DNA of 64,000 bases from Candidatus Omnitrophota bacterium (GTDB lineage: Bacteria; Omnitrophota; Gorgyraeia; Zapsychrales; JANLHA01): positions 12,484 through 76,483 of the forward strand of contig JBBRHV010000002.1 of NCBI GenBank assembly GCA_038222225.1, read 5' to 3'. Below the pieces are notes generated by a model. It did not search any database. It was given only the letters and a program-made list of their open reading frames with translations, and was not told the origin of the DNA. The translations under genes were made by a program, and so were the position numbers. Of this stretch, positions 30,000-39,631 are shown piece after piece (position 1 is the stretch's first letter; every line of letters starts with the position of its first letter).

Positions 30000-30024
30000 A
30001 CAAACGTCCTTCGCCGTCGTTACA

Positions 30025-31347
30025 TTATTCTGTTAAAAATTTCTCGTCTAAAAATGCAAACATCATCTCTGCCTCACAAACCACTTCTCCGTTCACGCGC
30101 GAGACTCCCTTTGTTGAAGCGGCCTTTCCGCGGTCACGGATCACTTCAACTTCCATCACGAGCTGGTCTCCCGGCTCAACCGTCTTACGAAATTTTGCAT
30201 TGGAAATCGAAAAGAACAGGCCGACATGACTGTGATGCGCTTCTGATTTGCGCAGCAAAATCCCGCTGACCTGCGCTAAGGCTTCAACCATGAGAACGCC
30301 AGGCATGACCGGTCTCGTCGGAAAATGTCCTGTAAAAAAATTATCGTTCACCGTGACATTCTTGATCCCGACCGCCCGCTCCCCAACCTTCAATTCCAAA
30401 ATGCGATCCACCAAAAGAAACGGATACCGGTGCGGCAAGCACTTCATAACCTCATGAATATCCATAGCTCCATTTTCTGCTGACATTCTTTCCCCCTCAT
30501 TTGAATTCATGCACTCCTGAACGATCTTTTCCATTAAGGCGACGTTAAGAGCGTGCCCGCTGCGGTAAGCCTTTACATGCCCCTTGATCGGCCGCCCCAA
30601 CAAATATAGATCTCCGATGACATCCAGCGCCTTATGGCGCGCGAACTCATTGTCGAAACGAAGCGTATTTTCGATCACTCCATGTTCACCGACGACAAGT
30701 GTATTCTTAAAATTCGCGCCCTTCCCCAAACCAGCCGCCTGCAACGACTTTGCCTCTGTCGCCAGACAAAAAGTTCTTGCCGGCGCCACTTCCCGCGCGA
30801 ACGTCTCGGGTACAAGCACAGTATCAAACACCTGCTTCTGTAAAACCGGATGATCGTATTCTAATGTATAAGTGATTCTAAAGTCATCGGCCGGCTCAAT
30901 GCTGATGAAAGCGTTTTTTCCTTCGACACGAACCAAACTTTGAATTTGAATATAGGAACGCTCCGCCTTCTGTTCAAGAATCCCGACCGCCTGTATCGCC
31001 TTCACAAAATCAACCGCGCTGCCGTCCATTCCTGGCATTTCAGAGCCATCCAGTTCAATGGTCAAATTGTCCAGCCCAAGACCGCAACACACGCTCATCA
31101 GATGCTCGACCGTATGGATTGCCTCCGGCCCATGGCCCACTGTTGTGCAGCGGACAACACTATTATCAACATAAATATTCTTCGGGACAAGAGAAATAAC
31201 AGGCTCCCCCTCCAGATCAATCCGTTTAAAAGAGATCCCCGCCCCTTCCGCCGCAGGCTTCAAAGCAACCGTGACAGTACGCCCTGTATGAAGTCCGATT
31301 CCCGTCAAGGAAACCGGTCCTTTAATCGTTCGCTGTTTACTGCCCAT
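30025..31347 (-). CDS. lpxC-fabZ: bifunctional UDP-3-O-acyl-N-acetylglucosamine deacetylase / 3-hydroxyacyl-ACP dehydratase (LpxC-FabZ fusion)
   Basis: N-terminal ~290 aa look like LpxC (RTIKGPVSLTGIGLHTG.., HALNVAL). The C-terminal ~140 aa look like FabZ (LPHRYPFLLVDRILE...FFTGHFP). Confidence 0.85.
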   Translation of the reverse strand: MGSKQRTIKGPVSLTGIGLHTGRTVTVALKPAAEGAGISFKRIDLEGEPVISLVPKNIYVDNSVVRCTTVGHGPEAIHTVEHLMSVCCGLGLDNLTIELDGSEMPGMDGSAVDFVKAIQAVGILEQKAERSYIQIQSLVRVEGKNAFISIEPADDFRITYTLEYDHPVLQKQVFDTVLVPETFAREVAPARTFCLATEAKSLQAAGLGKGANFKNTLVVGEHGVIENTLRFDNEFARHKALDVIGDLYLLGRPIKGHVKAYRSGHALNVALMEKIVQECMNSNEGERMSAENGAMDIHEVMKCLPHRYPFLLVDRILELKVGERAVGIKNVTVNDNFFTGHFPTRPVMPGVLMVEALAQVSGILLRKSEAHHSHVGLFFSISNAKFRKTVEPGDQLVMEVEVIRDRGKAASTKGVSRVNGEVVCEAEMMFAFLDEKFLTE

Positions 31348-31349
31348 CG

Positions 31350-32414
31350 TTATCCTTGTGAAGACATTTTCTTTTCAATCTCTGCGATGCGCTCTTTCAA
31401 ATCACGGATCGTACGGACATGCTCCGGCAAAAACTTTAAGCACGCGCTGATCCTCTTGGCTTGAACATGCGGCAAGGCCGGAGATCCGAATAAGATCGAT
31501 TGTGGAGGAACAGAACTCGTAACACCCGATTGAGCAGCGATCCTTGTTCCTGCTCCAATCGTCAAATGGCCGGCAATCCCAACCTGCCCGCCGACAACAA
31601 CATAATCCTCAATGACTGTGCTGCCGGAAATCCCCACGTGAGCGACAATAATACACCCGCGCCCAATGCGGACATTGTGAGCGATCTGCACAAAATTGTC
31701 AATCTTTGTTCCTTCTCCGATCACGGTTTTATCAAAACGCGCCCGATCAATCGCGACATTAGCGCCGATCTCAACATCATTATGAATTTCAACCATTCCG
31801 ATTTGCGGAATCTTGTGATGAATTCCGCCTTCCGTCACAAACCCAAATCCGTCGGACCCAACGACTGTCCCGCTGTGAATAATAACCCGATCCCCGACAA
31901 CCGCTTTTTCCCTGATTGTAACATTCGGATAAATCAGGCAGTCTTTGCCGATCCGTGTCTGATAGCCGACAAATGTGCCTGCCCCGATGGTTGTTCCGGA
32001 GGCAACCTCAACACCGTCCTCAATGACCGCACACGGACCGATATTCACATTCTCTGAAATATGCGCACCCACCGCCACAACAGCTGCCGGATGCACACCT
32101 TTCACTGGGTCTGGATGCTCATCAGCAAACAACAAAATAGCCTTTGAAAACGCCAACGAAGGGTTATCAACTTTTATAAGATTCTTTGAAGGAAGATCTT
32201 CCGTCTTTTGAGAGACGATCACTCCGGAAGCCCGGGTCTGATCAAGCTGCCCGGCATATTTCATATTCGCCAAAAACGTCAAATCCCCCGCCTGAGCCTC
32301 CCGCAAGCTTGAAAATCCCCGAATATTCACAAAAGGATCCCCAAAGACTTTACCCCCTACAAAATCCGCAATCTCTGCCAATGTCTTAGTCGTAGACACC
32401 ACATTTGCCCTCAT
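31350..32414 (-). CDS. lpxD: UDP-3-O-(3-hydroxyacyl)glucosamine N-acyltransferase
   Basis: LpxD N-terminal domain plus long hexapeptide-repeat beta-helix; 354 aa; the order skp-lpxD-fabZ-lpxA is conserved. Confidence 0.85.
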   Translation of the reverse strand: MRANVVSTTKTLAEIADFVGGKVFGDPFVNIRGFSSLREAQAGDLTFLANMKYAGQLDQTRASGVIVSQKTEDLPSKNLIKVDNPSLAFSKAILLFADEHPDPVKGVHPAAVVAVGAHISENVNIGPCAVIEDGVEVASGTTIGAGTFVGYQTRIGKDCLIYPNVTIREKAVVGDRVIIHSGTVVGSDGFGFVTEGGIHHKIPQIGMVEIHNDVEIGANVAIDRARFDKTVIGEGTKIDNFVQIAHNVRIGRGCIIVAHVGISGSTVIEDYVVVGGQVGIAGHLTIGAGTRIAAQSGVTSSVPPQSILFGSPALPHVQAKRISACLKFLPEHVRTIRDLKERIAEIEKKMSSQG

Positions 32415-32488
32415 AATAGTTTTACGGCCATCGCCCCTGAATACTGAAGAACCTTGAGGAAGCCATGGCCGTAAAGATAGAACTAAAT

Positions 32489-33001
32489 TTATTTCTTATA
32501 ATTTGCGTTCAATAATTCAAGAATCGCATCTGTCACATTCATTGTTTCTTGACCGTAGATCAAAACCCGGTCATTCAAAATAAAATCATAACCTTCCTTC
32601 TTGGCGTAACCGCTGACCAGATCTTCAACTTCCAAAAGAATTTCACGGATCTTATCATCACGTTTCTTTGTGAGATCTGTTCCCCGGACCTGATCAAACT
32701 CACGAAGCTCAGTAATCAGCTTGTCGATTTCGTCCTGTTGCTTTTGCTTTTCATCTTCCTTTAATAATGCCAGCTTACCCTGCAATTCCTGAATTTTTTC
32801 GATCTTGACATTACGCTCTTTTTGATAAGCGTCGTGCTCAGCTTCCAGCGTTTTGTCATAATCTTTTGTCTTCTCATAATTATCGAATGTCTTGCTTAAA
32901 TCAAGATATCCGATTTTCTGGGCTTGGGCCACGCCGGTCATGGAAAAAGAAACCATCAAAGCCGCTGCCACCATGAGTATAAATATTTTTTTCATATCCA
33001 A
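32489..33001 (-). CDS. skp: OmpH/Skp family periplasmic chaperone
   Basis: Signal peptide, then a long charged coiled-coil (Lys/Glu rich), ~170 aa, located between bamA and lpxD. Confidence 0.7.
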   Translation of the reverse strand: MDMKKIFILMVAAALMVSFSMTGVAQAQKIGYLDLSKTFDNYEKTKDYDKTLEAEHDAYQKERNVKIEKIQELQGKLALLKEDEKQKQQDEIDKLITELREFDQVRGTDLTKKRDDKIREILLEVEDLVSGYAKKEGYDFILNDRVLIYGQETMNVTDAILELLNANYKK

Positions 33002-33019
33002 CCTCCTTGAGTTATAAAA

Positions 33020-35341
33020 TTAAAAGCCTCTGCTTACGCTGAAATAAAACTTTCCGGATCTGGCGCCTTCACCCGGTTGATCATTCAATGGATAGCCATA
33101 ATCCAGATTGACTGGGCCAATCGGAGTTTTAAGACGCAGACCTGTACCTGTTCCGGCCTTATATCCACCGGTTCCGAAATCTGTAATCTGCGGCCAGACA
33201 TTTCCAAAATCATAAAAAAGTGCGAATTTCAAAAAATCAACAAGCGGAATCGTCCATTCAACGTTGCCCACCAGTAGAGCCTCACCGCCGATCGGATCGT
33301 TGGTAATGGAATCCAACGGACCGACTTTCCGTTCATCATATCCGCGAATTGTTCGGGCGCCACCAGCAAAAAACCGCTCAAAGATCGGAACCACACTGGA
33401 ACTGCCGTACGCATTGATAATCCCTGCCCGCAAACGAAATTCCAGCACGGAATCATATTTCAAAGGAATATTATAACTCCCTCTTCCCGAAAAACGGTAA
33501 AAATCCTTATCGAATCCGAACGGCCCGCCCGCAACATCCACTGTCCCGCTAACCAAATATCCTTTTGTCGGATTAAATGTGCTGTCGCGGATATCACGGG
33601 TCAAAGTAACGCCCATGCTGCTGACCGTGCTTTGGCCTGCTTCATCCCGCAAGGCGCTGGAAGCTGTGGCATCCACATTCGAAATATCTGTGCTCTCTAA
33701 ACGATAGTTTGTGTTTCCGTAAATATATTCCGCCAACTGCTTGCCCATTCTCAAATTAACACCTTTTCGGCTTTCGTCATAAGAATATCCCGTGTCCGAC
33801 GTTTTGTCGCGCTCTGACAAATACAGATCAAACCCCCCTGAAATCGGATAATCCATGATCCATGGCTCTGTAAAACTTAATTGAAAATTATTGCGCGATG
33901 AACCAGCTTCTGCGCGGAACGACAAATCCTGGCCGCCGCCGGTAAAGGTTGGCCAATTTGTAAAATCGAAATTCTTCTGCTGGACCTCAAAGAACCCCAC
34001 CAAGCTGTCAACCGTGCTATAACCACCGCCAAAATTAAATGAACCGGTTTTGGCCTCTTCAACTTGTACAACTAAATCTTTACGCTCAGGAGTGCTGGTG
34101 TCTTCAACATCATAGGTGACATCAGAAAAATATCCTAAATTCGTCAGCCGCTCCTTACTGCGGCGCAGTTTTGAGCCATCAAAACGGTCGCCAGGATAAA
34201 GCCGCAATTCTCGACGGACCACAATATCACGGGTCCGGGTATTCCCCTGAATTTTAATCTTATTGATAAAAGCCAACTCGCCTTCGAAAACCTCCACCTG
34301 AACCGCCACGCGTCCCGTATCAGGATTAAGCGCAGTGGATTCCTTCAGTTGTGCAAAAATATAACCGCGGTCAAAATACAGGGTCCGAATTTCCGCCAGA
34401 TCCAAGCTCAGCTTATCCCGGCTGAAAACATTTCCCTCTTTAATATACTTTATCGCGCTTAGAATATCTTCGGTTGAAATAATATCATTGCCTTGAATCG
34501 TTACACTGTCCACATAATACTGTTTACCCTCTTCAATAAAGATTTTCGCAATGATTCTGCCTTTTTTGTAATCCTCAAACTCATGCCGGACCTTTGCATC
34601 AATAAAGCCTTCTTTTTCATAAAACGCCTTAATCCGCACAATGTCCTCTTCTAAAACCTGCTCTTTAAGATATCCCGAGGTGAAAATTCCATCCGGTCGT
34701 GTTTTGATGACACGCATCAAACGCTTGTGTCTGAATTTTTCATTGCCAAAGAACTGGATTTTCCGAACCTTAACACGAACCCCTTCACTAATAATAAAAT
34801 GCAGCTTGACCTTATTATTAAGCTCATCCGCCTCTTCTTCCAGCTGGACGGTTGCTAATGTCAATCCCTTCTTTTCATAGAGGTCCTTGATCACTTTCTG
34901 GTCATCTTTTAACGCCTTACGGTCCAGAAATTTTCCCTTTTTTGTCTGCATCTTTTTCAAAAGATAGGCCGGCTTATAATACCGCAAACGGGAAAAAGTG
35001 ACCTCTTCAACAACCGGTTTTTCTTCGACATTAAAAACAACTTTAAATCCGGCCCCCTGCTCTTGGCGATCGACACGGACATCAGAAAAATAGCCCGTAT
35101 TATAAAGTCGTTTGAGATCATCAGAAACAACATTCTGAATATACTCATCATTCACACGGGTTTTGATTTTAGAAAGAATCGTGGCTAAAGAAATCGTCTT
35201 GTTTCCCGTAACTTCAATAGCAGTAACAACTTTCTTTTCTGAAGAAACCAGTGAGGTTTTCTCCGCCTGCTGGGCATACACAACAGAAGACGAACACAAT
35301 AACGCAAATCCCAGTCCAATAGCGAGTAAGATTTTTTTCAT
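33020..35341 (-). CDS. bamA: outer membrane protein assembly factor BamA
   Basis: Signal peptide (MKKILLAIGLGFALLCSSSVVYA), POTRA-type repeats, a C-terminal beta-barrel ending in an aromatic residue (..FSVSRGF), and ~770 aa. Start taken at the internal ATG to avoid overlap with dnaB. Confidence 0.85.
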   Translation of the reverse strand: MKKILLAIGLGFALLCSSSVVYAQQAEKTSLVSSEKKVVTAIEVTGNKTISLATILSKIKTRVNDEYIQNVVSDDLKRLYNTGYFSDVRVDRQEQGAGFKVVFNVEEKPVVEEVTFSRLRYYKPAYLLKKMQTKKGKFLDRKALKDDQKVIKDLYEKKGLTLATVQLEEEADELNNKVKLHFIISEGVRVKVRKIQFFGNEKFRHKRLMRVIKTRPDGIFTSGYLKEQVLEEDIVRIKAFYEKEGFIDAKVRHEFEDYKKGRIIAKIFIEEGKQYYVDSVTIQGNDIISTEDILSAIKYIKEGNVFSRDKLSLDLAEIRTLYFDRGYIFAQLKESTALNPDTGRVAVQVEVFEGELAFINKIKIQGNTRTRDIVVRRELRLYPGDRFDGSKLRRSKERLTNLGYFSDVTYDVEDTSTPERKDLVVQVEEAKTGSFNFGGGYSTVDSLVGFFEVQQKNFDFTNWPTFTGGGQDLSFRAEAGSSRNNFQLSFTEPWIMDYPISGGFDLYLSERDKTSDTGYSYDESRKGVNLRMGKQLAEYIYGNTNYRLESTDISNVDATASSALRDEAGQSTVSSMGVTLTRDIRDSTFNPTKGYLVSGTVDVAGGPFGFDKDFYRFSGRGSYNIPLKYDSVLEFRLRAGIINAYGSSSVVPIFERFFAGGARTIRGYDERKVGPLDSITNDPIGGEALLVGNVEWTIPLVDFLKFALFYDFGNVWPQITDFGTGGYKAGTGTGLRLKTPIGPVNLDYGYPLNDQPGEGARSGKFYFSVSRGF

Positions 35342-35375
35342 AATGAAACGATTATACGGTCTCCCCAAAGGGATG

Positions 35376-36707
35376 TCAATCAACATGTGCAAGATTTTCA
35401 AAACGAACAAACTCCTTTAAGAACGCCATCTTAAATGAACCCACCGGACCGTTACGCTGCTTGGCGATGATAACGTCTGCCTTACCCCGATTGTCTTCTG
35501 TAGGATTATAATATTCCTCCCGCATCAATAAAATGACCACATCCGCGTCCTGCTCAATAGCCCCAGATTCTCTCAGATCTGAAAGTTGAGGGCGATGGTC
35601 CTGCCGGCTTTCGACTGCCCGTGACAGCTGACTCAACGCAACAATCGGGACCTTCAGCTCGCGGGCTAACGCCTTAATGGAACGGGATATTTCGGAGATC
35701 TCCTGCTGACGGCTGTCGGAGCGGGTATGCCCGCGCATCAGCTGCAAGTAATCCAGAACGATCAGCTGAATGTCATACTGCGATTTTAACCGACGCGCCT
35801 TAGCCCGCAGCTCCAGGGCTGAGATCGCCGGAGTATCATCAATAAAAATTTTGGCGTTGGACAATCGTCCTGCCGCCTTCGTCAACAAAGGCCAATCCGA
35901 CGGAGAAAGAAATCCCGTGCGCACTTTATGCGCATCCACACGGGCCTGAGAACAGAGCATGCGCTGAACCAGCTGTTCTTTCGACATCTCAAGACTGAAA
36001 ATAGCAACCGGCCGTTGAGCCTCAATTCCAACATATTCCACAATGGAACCTGCCAAGGCGCTTTTCCCCATAGACGGGCGCCCGGCCAAAATAATCAGAT
36101 CAGAAGACTGCAGGCCTGAGGTCATACGGTCAAAATCCATAAACCCCGTCGCAATACCGGTCACTTTTTCTTTTTTCTGAAAAAGCTTATCAATCTTTTC
36201 AATGCTTTGTTTGACCAAATCCTTGATATTGACAGCGCTTTGCCGATGTTTGATCTCGGAAATCTCAAAAATCAACTCCTCCGCCCGATCCACAATATCA
36301 TCAATATCTGAGCCGCCGGCATAACAGGTGTTCACGATCTCAGTAGAATTTTTAATCAAATTCCTTAAAATTCCTTTAGCCTTGACAATATCTGCATAAT
36401 GCTCCACATTGGCAGATGTCGGAACAATCTCCGCCAACTGCGATAAATATGGCAGCCCGCCCACCCGGTCAAGATTCGCATCTCCCCGAAGACGATCGGA
36501 CAAGGTGATCAAATCAACGTTTTTTCTCTGATTATATAATTCAAGAATGGTCTGATAAATAATGCGGTGGGCGTCTTCGTAGAACCACGCAACGTCTAAT
36601 GTTTCGAGAGCGATGCCGATGGCTTCCTCATCAATCAACATCGCTCCCAAAACAGATTGTTCCGCTTCAATATTTTGCGGAGGAATTTTTATTTCTTGGC
36701 TACCCAT
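35376..36707 (-). CDS. dnaB: replicative DNA helicase
   Basis: DnaB N-terminal domain (PPQNIEAEQSVLGAML) and RecA-like core (GRPSMGKSA), 443 aa. Sits in the rpsF-ssb-rpsR-rplI-dnaB arrangement. Confidence 0.9.
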   Translation of the reverse strand: MGSQEIKIPPQNIEAEQSVLGAMLIDEEAIGIALETLDVAWFYEDAHRIIYQTILELYNQRKNVDLITLSDRLRGDANLDRVGGLPYLSQLAEIVPTSANVEHYADIVKAKGILRNLIKNSTEIVNTCYAGGSDIDDIVDRAEELIFEISEIKHRQSAVNIKDLVKQSIEKIDKLFQKKEKVTGIATGFMDFDRMTSGLQSSDLIILAGRPSMGKSALAGSIVEYVGIEAQRPVAIFSLEMSKEQLVQRMLCSQARVDAHKVRTGFLSPSDWPLLTKAAGRLSNAKIFIDDTPAISALELRAKARRLKSQYDIQLIVLDYLQLMRGHTRSDSRQQEISEISRSIKALARELKVPIVALSQLSRAVESRQDHRPQLSDLRESGAIEQDADVVILLMREEYYNPTEDNRGKADVIIAKQRNGPVGSFKMAFLKEFVRFENLAHVD

Positions 36708-37132
36708 ACTCGGACTTTAGCCTTTACATCCGGATGTAGTTGAACACCGACATCATAAATGCCCAGCTCATCGATCGGTTTTTCCAGTTCAATAGCTTTT
36801 TTGTCAAGTTCAAAACCTTCATCGCTGAAGGCCTTGACAATATCCGCCTCTGTGACCGAACCGTACATCTTTTCAAGGTCATTGACTTCCACGGTTATGG
36901 TAATCGAAGTCTTCTCCAGCTTTTCGAGCAAAAGCTGAGCCTCACTCCTTTTTTGCGCATCCTCCCCCGCCTGCTTCGCCTTTTGCAGCTCAATCCTTTT
37001 CAGATTGGTTGGCGTAGCAATAAACGCTATGCTCTTGGGCAAAAGATAATTGCGCGCATAACCGTCTTTGACCTTGACGACATCTCCGACTTTGCCGAGC
37101 TTCTTAACAGTTTGACAAAGAATAACTTCCAT
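36689..37132 (-). CDS. rplI: 50S ribosomal protein L9
   Basis: MEVIL..VKKLGKVGDVVKVKDGYARNYLLP is a classic bL9 N-terminus; 147 aa. Confidence 0.85.
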   Translation of the reverse strand: MEVILCQTVKKLGKVGDVVKVKDGYARNYLLPKSIAFIATPTNLKRIELQKAKQAGEDAQKRSEAQLLLEKLEKTSITITVEVNDLEKMYGSVTEADIVKAFSDEGFELDKKAIELEKPIDELGIYDVGVQLHPDVKAKVRVWVAKK

Positions 37133-37207
37133 GATGTGTCCTTTATTTATGCATTAGACGATAAACACACTGTATTTCTCGATTTCACGACGAATAGCCC
37201 TGACTGG

Positions 37208-37459
37208 CTATTTGCGCTTCGCAGCGCCGACCGGCAATAACCCCAAATAACGGGCTCGCTTAATCGCGTTAGAAATCTGTCGCTGCTGAGGTGCCGTAAC
37301 ACCGCTTAATCGACGAGAAATAATTTTTCCGCGGTCCGTTAAATATTTCCTGATCAGATCCACATCTTTATATGAAATCTGCAGAGTCTTTTCAATGACA
37401 TATTTAATGGAACGTTTTCTCGGTTTTAAAATTTTTTTTCGAAACGTTTTCTTAACCAA
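37208..37459 (-). CDS. rpsR: 30S ribosomal protein S18
   Basis: bS18 core (..[42 protein letters not shown]); 83 aa. Confidence 0.85.
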   Translation of the reverse strand: MVKKTFRKKILKPRKRSIKYVIEKTLQISYKDVDLIRKYLTDRGKIISRRLSGVTAPQQRQISNAIKRARYLGLLPVGAAKRK

Positions 37460-37495
37460 TTCTCTCCTCCTTAACCCATCGATATCAAAATCGTT

Positions 37496-37930
37496 TTATT
37501 CATCCCAAACCACATCCTCGGGCATAATCGCATGATCATCAGCCGGATGATCCAAGGATAATCCATCCCCTCCTGCGCCTTCTTCACCCTGCCCCGGTGA
37601 AAACTTACCTAAAAACTGAACCCGTTCCGCACGCACATCAATCGTGCTGCGCTTTTGCCCATCGGATGTTTCCCATGAGCGGGATTGAAGCACGCCTTCC
37701 ACAAAAATCGGGCTTCCCTTCTTTAAATACTGACAGCAAGCCTCAGCCTGTTTGTCCCACACCGTTACCGTCAAAAAACAAACATCTTCCTTTAATTCGC
37801 CTGTCTTATCCCGGAAACGACGATTGACCGCAAGACCTAAATTCGCGACGGGAACTCCTGCCGGTGTATATCTCAGCTCTGGGTCACGCGTCAGATTTCC
37901 GATTAAAAACGTTTTGTTCAAATTCGCCAT
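37496..37930 (-). CDS. ssb: single-stranded DNA-binding protein
   Basis: OB-fold SSB N-terminus (MANLNKTFLIGNLTRDPELRYTPAGV...) and a Gly-rich acidic tail; flanked by rpsF and rpsR. Confidence 0.85.
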   Translation of the reverse strand: MANLNKTFLIGNLTRDPELRYTPAGVPVANLGLAVNRRFRDKTGELKEDVCFLTVTVWDKQAEACCQYLKKGSPIFVEGVLQSRSWETSDGQKRSTIDVRAERVQFLGKFSPGQGEEGAGGDGLSLDHPADDHAIMPEDVVWDE

Positions 37931-38000
37931 TGTCTCCTCCTACCACGTAATAATGTTAATTCACACAAAACCCCATGCCCAATCTCCCGACTGGCCTGAT

Positions 38001-38291
38001 TTACTTGCCTGCCGCCACGATCAAGGACCTTAAAACCCGCTCATTCAACTTTAACGCGCGCCTAAATTCCGCGTTCTTCGCTGAGCTTCCTTCATAGTTG
38101 ATCATATAATATGTTCCTTCCGTGCATTTCTTCATGCGAAAAGACATTTTATTTTTGTCGATCCATACCTGACGGTTGATCACCTTACCATCACATTTGA
38201 CAATAGCCTCGCCGATCTCTTTCAACACGGCTTCTTTTTGCTCCTGCGGAAGTGTCGCATCCACAATAACCACTAATTCGTACTTATTCAT
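38001..38291 (-). CDS. rpsF: 30S ribosomal protein S6
   Basis: MNKYELVVIV... matches bS6; 96 aa. Confidence 0.85.
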   Translation of the reverse strand: MNKYELVVIVDATLPQEQKEAVLKEIGEAIVKCDGKVINRQVWIDKNKMSFRMKKCTEGTYYMINYEGSSAKNAEFRRALKLNERVLRSLIVAAGK

Positions 38292-38874
38292 TATCCTTCC
38301 TTTTGTTGAATTGACTCATAACCTTTTCTATATCATCTTCCTTCATCCATACCTGACAACAATCAACCGCTTCCGAAATAAAACCATCCAGCTGTTGACG
38401 CTCTTCCTTTGTGAAGGCCGACAAAACATAATCTGCCGGATCCTGTCGGGATGGAGGACTACCTACCCCTAAACGCAATCGCGTAAAATTCTGATCGCCG
38501 AAACTCTCAATAATAGATTTCAGGCCGTTATGCCCGCCGTCACTGCCCTTCATTCTTAATCGCAATTGACCGAGATCCAAGCTAAAATCATCACACACAA
38601 TCAAATTCTGCGCCAAATCGACTTTATAATAGGAACTCGCCGCCGCAACAGCCTGACCAGATAAATTCATGTACGTCATGGGCATCAGCACAATGACTTT
38701 ACATTCTCCCACACGGCCTTGAGCTTCAAGCCCTTTACAAAACCGGCTTGCAGAAAATGAGGCCCCCATGTCTTGAACCAGACGCTTCACAACTAAAAAT
38801 CCCAAGTTGTGCCGTGTCCATTCATATTGTGCCCCGGGATTACCCAACCCAGCGATCAGCTTTGTCTGCAACAA
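38284..38874 (-). CDS. pth: peptidyl-tRNA hydrolase
   Basis: LIAGLGNPG..Y..TRHN.GF signature; 196 aa; downstream of ctc as in Bacillus. Confidence 0.85.
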   Translation of the reverse strand: MLQTKLIAGLGNPGAQYEWTRHNLGFLVVKRLVQDMGASFSASRFCKGLEAQGRVGECKVIVLMPMTYMNLSGQAVAAASSYYKVDLAQNLIVCDDFSLDLGQLRLRMKGSDGGHNGLKSIIESFGDQNFTRLRLGVGSPPSRQDPADYVLSAFTKEERQQLDGFISEAVDCCQVWMKEDDIEKVMSQFNKRKDNE

Positions 38875-38899
38875 TCCTTCTGTTCCTTATCATCAAATC

Positions 38900-39586
38900 T
38901 TACTTATCAGCGGTTTTGGCCTTATCGCCAGAATCCTCATCTGTTTTTGCCTTTTCCTTCTTGATCACTTCCGGTTCCGCCCCCGATTCCACCTCAACAA
39001 CTTCTTCCGATTCGCGCATCGGCGGAATCAAAGAAAAAATAATCGCATCCGGATCATGTTCGGTTTCAACTCCAGAGGGCAGCTGAATATCCGAAACACA
39101 AATCACATCACCGATTTCAAGAGCGGTCACATCAACCGCGATCTGTTCAGGAATGTCCTTTGGCAGACAGATGATATCCAATTCCCAAAGAATGTGCTCT
39201 AGCGATCCTTTATCACGCTTAACACCGACCGCTTCCCCTTTAGGAACCAACGGAACACGAATCTCAATCTTATCCTGAAGCGAGATCCGCTTAAAATCAA
39301 TATGCATGGTCTTGCCGGTCACGCAATGCTGTTGTTCTTCCTTAACGATAGCCGAATAATCATGGATGCTTTTTTCTCCGTCTACAACATTCAAATGAAA
39401 CAAAACCTCTCCATGATGCTGACGGCGCACCCGCTCATAGGCCTTGCGGTCAATCTGAACCGGAGTCGCTTCTTCGCCACCCCCATAAATAATCCCAGGA
39501 ATCACTTCCCCCTTGCGACGGAGAGCCTTGACCTTCTGGCCTCCTATGTCACTGCGAATTTGAACATCAATTTTAACTTCTTCCAT
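38900..39586 (-). CDS. rplY: 50S ribosomal protein L25 / general stress protein Ctc
   Basis: bL25 N-terminal domain (R...GK..LRR.G.IPG.IYG) plus an acidic C-terminal extension typical of Ctc; 228 aa. Confidence 0.8.
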   Translation of the reverse strand: MEEVKIDVQIRSDIGGQKVKALRRKGEVIPGIIYGGGEEATPVQIDRKAYERVRRQHHGEVLFHLNVVDGEKSIHDYSAIVKEEQQHCVTGKTMHIDFKRISLQDKIEIRVPLVPKGEAVGVKRDKGSLEHILWELDIICLPKDIPEQIAVDVTALEIGDVICVSDIQLPSGVETEHDPDAIIFSLIPPMRESEEVVEVESGAEPEVIKKEKAKTDEDSGDKAKTADK

Positions 39587-39631
39587 TGCTCACGTCCTAC
39601 TTTTGTATCAAACGGTTAAACAGGATTTAAT

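Noticed and set aside
29199-32414. Long antisense ORFs opposite lpxA, lpxC-fabZ and lpxD (e.g. 31500..32057 +, 30940..31464 +, 29901..30269 +)
   Set aside because: Hexapeptide-repeat and other highly expressed genes routinely give long stop-free antisense frames. These have no SD or promoter and a biased, low-complexity composition. The sense-strand genes have clear family signatures.
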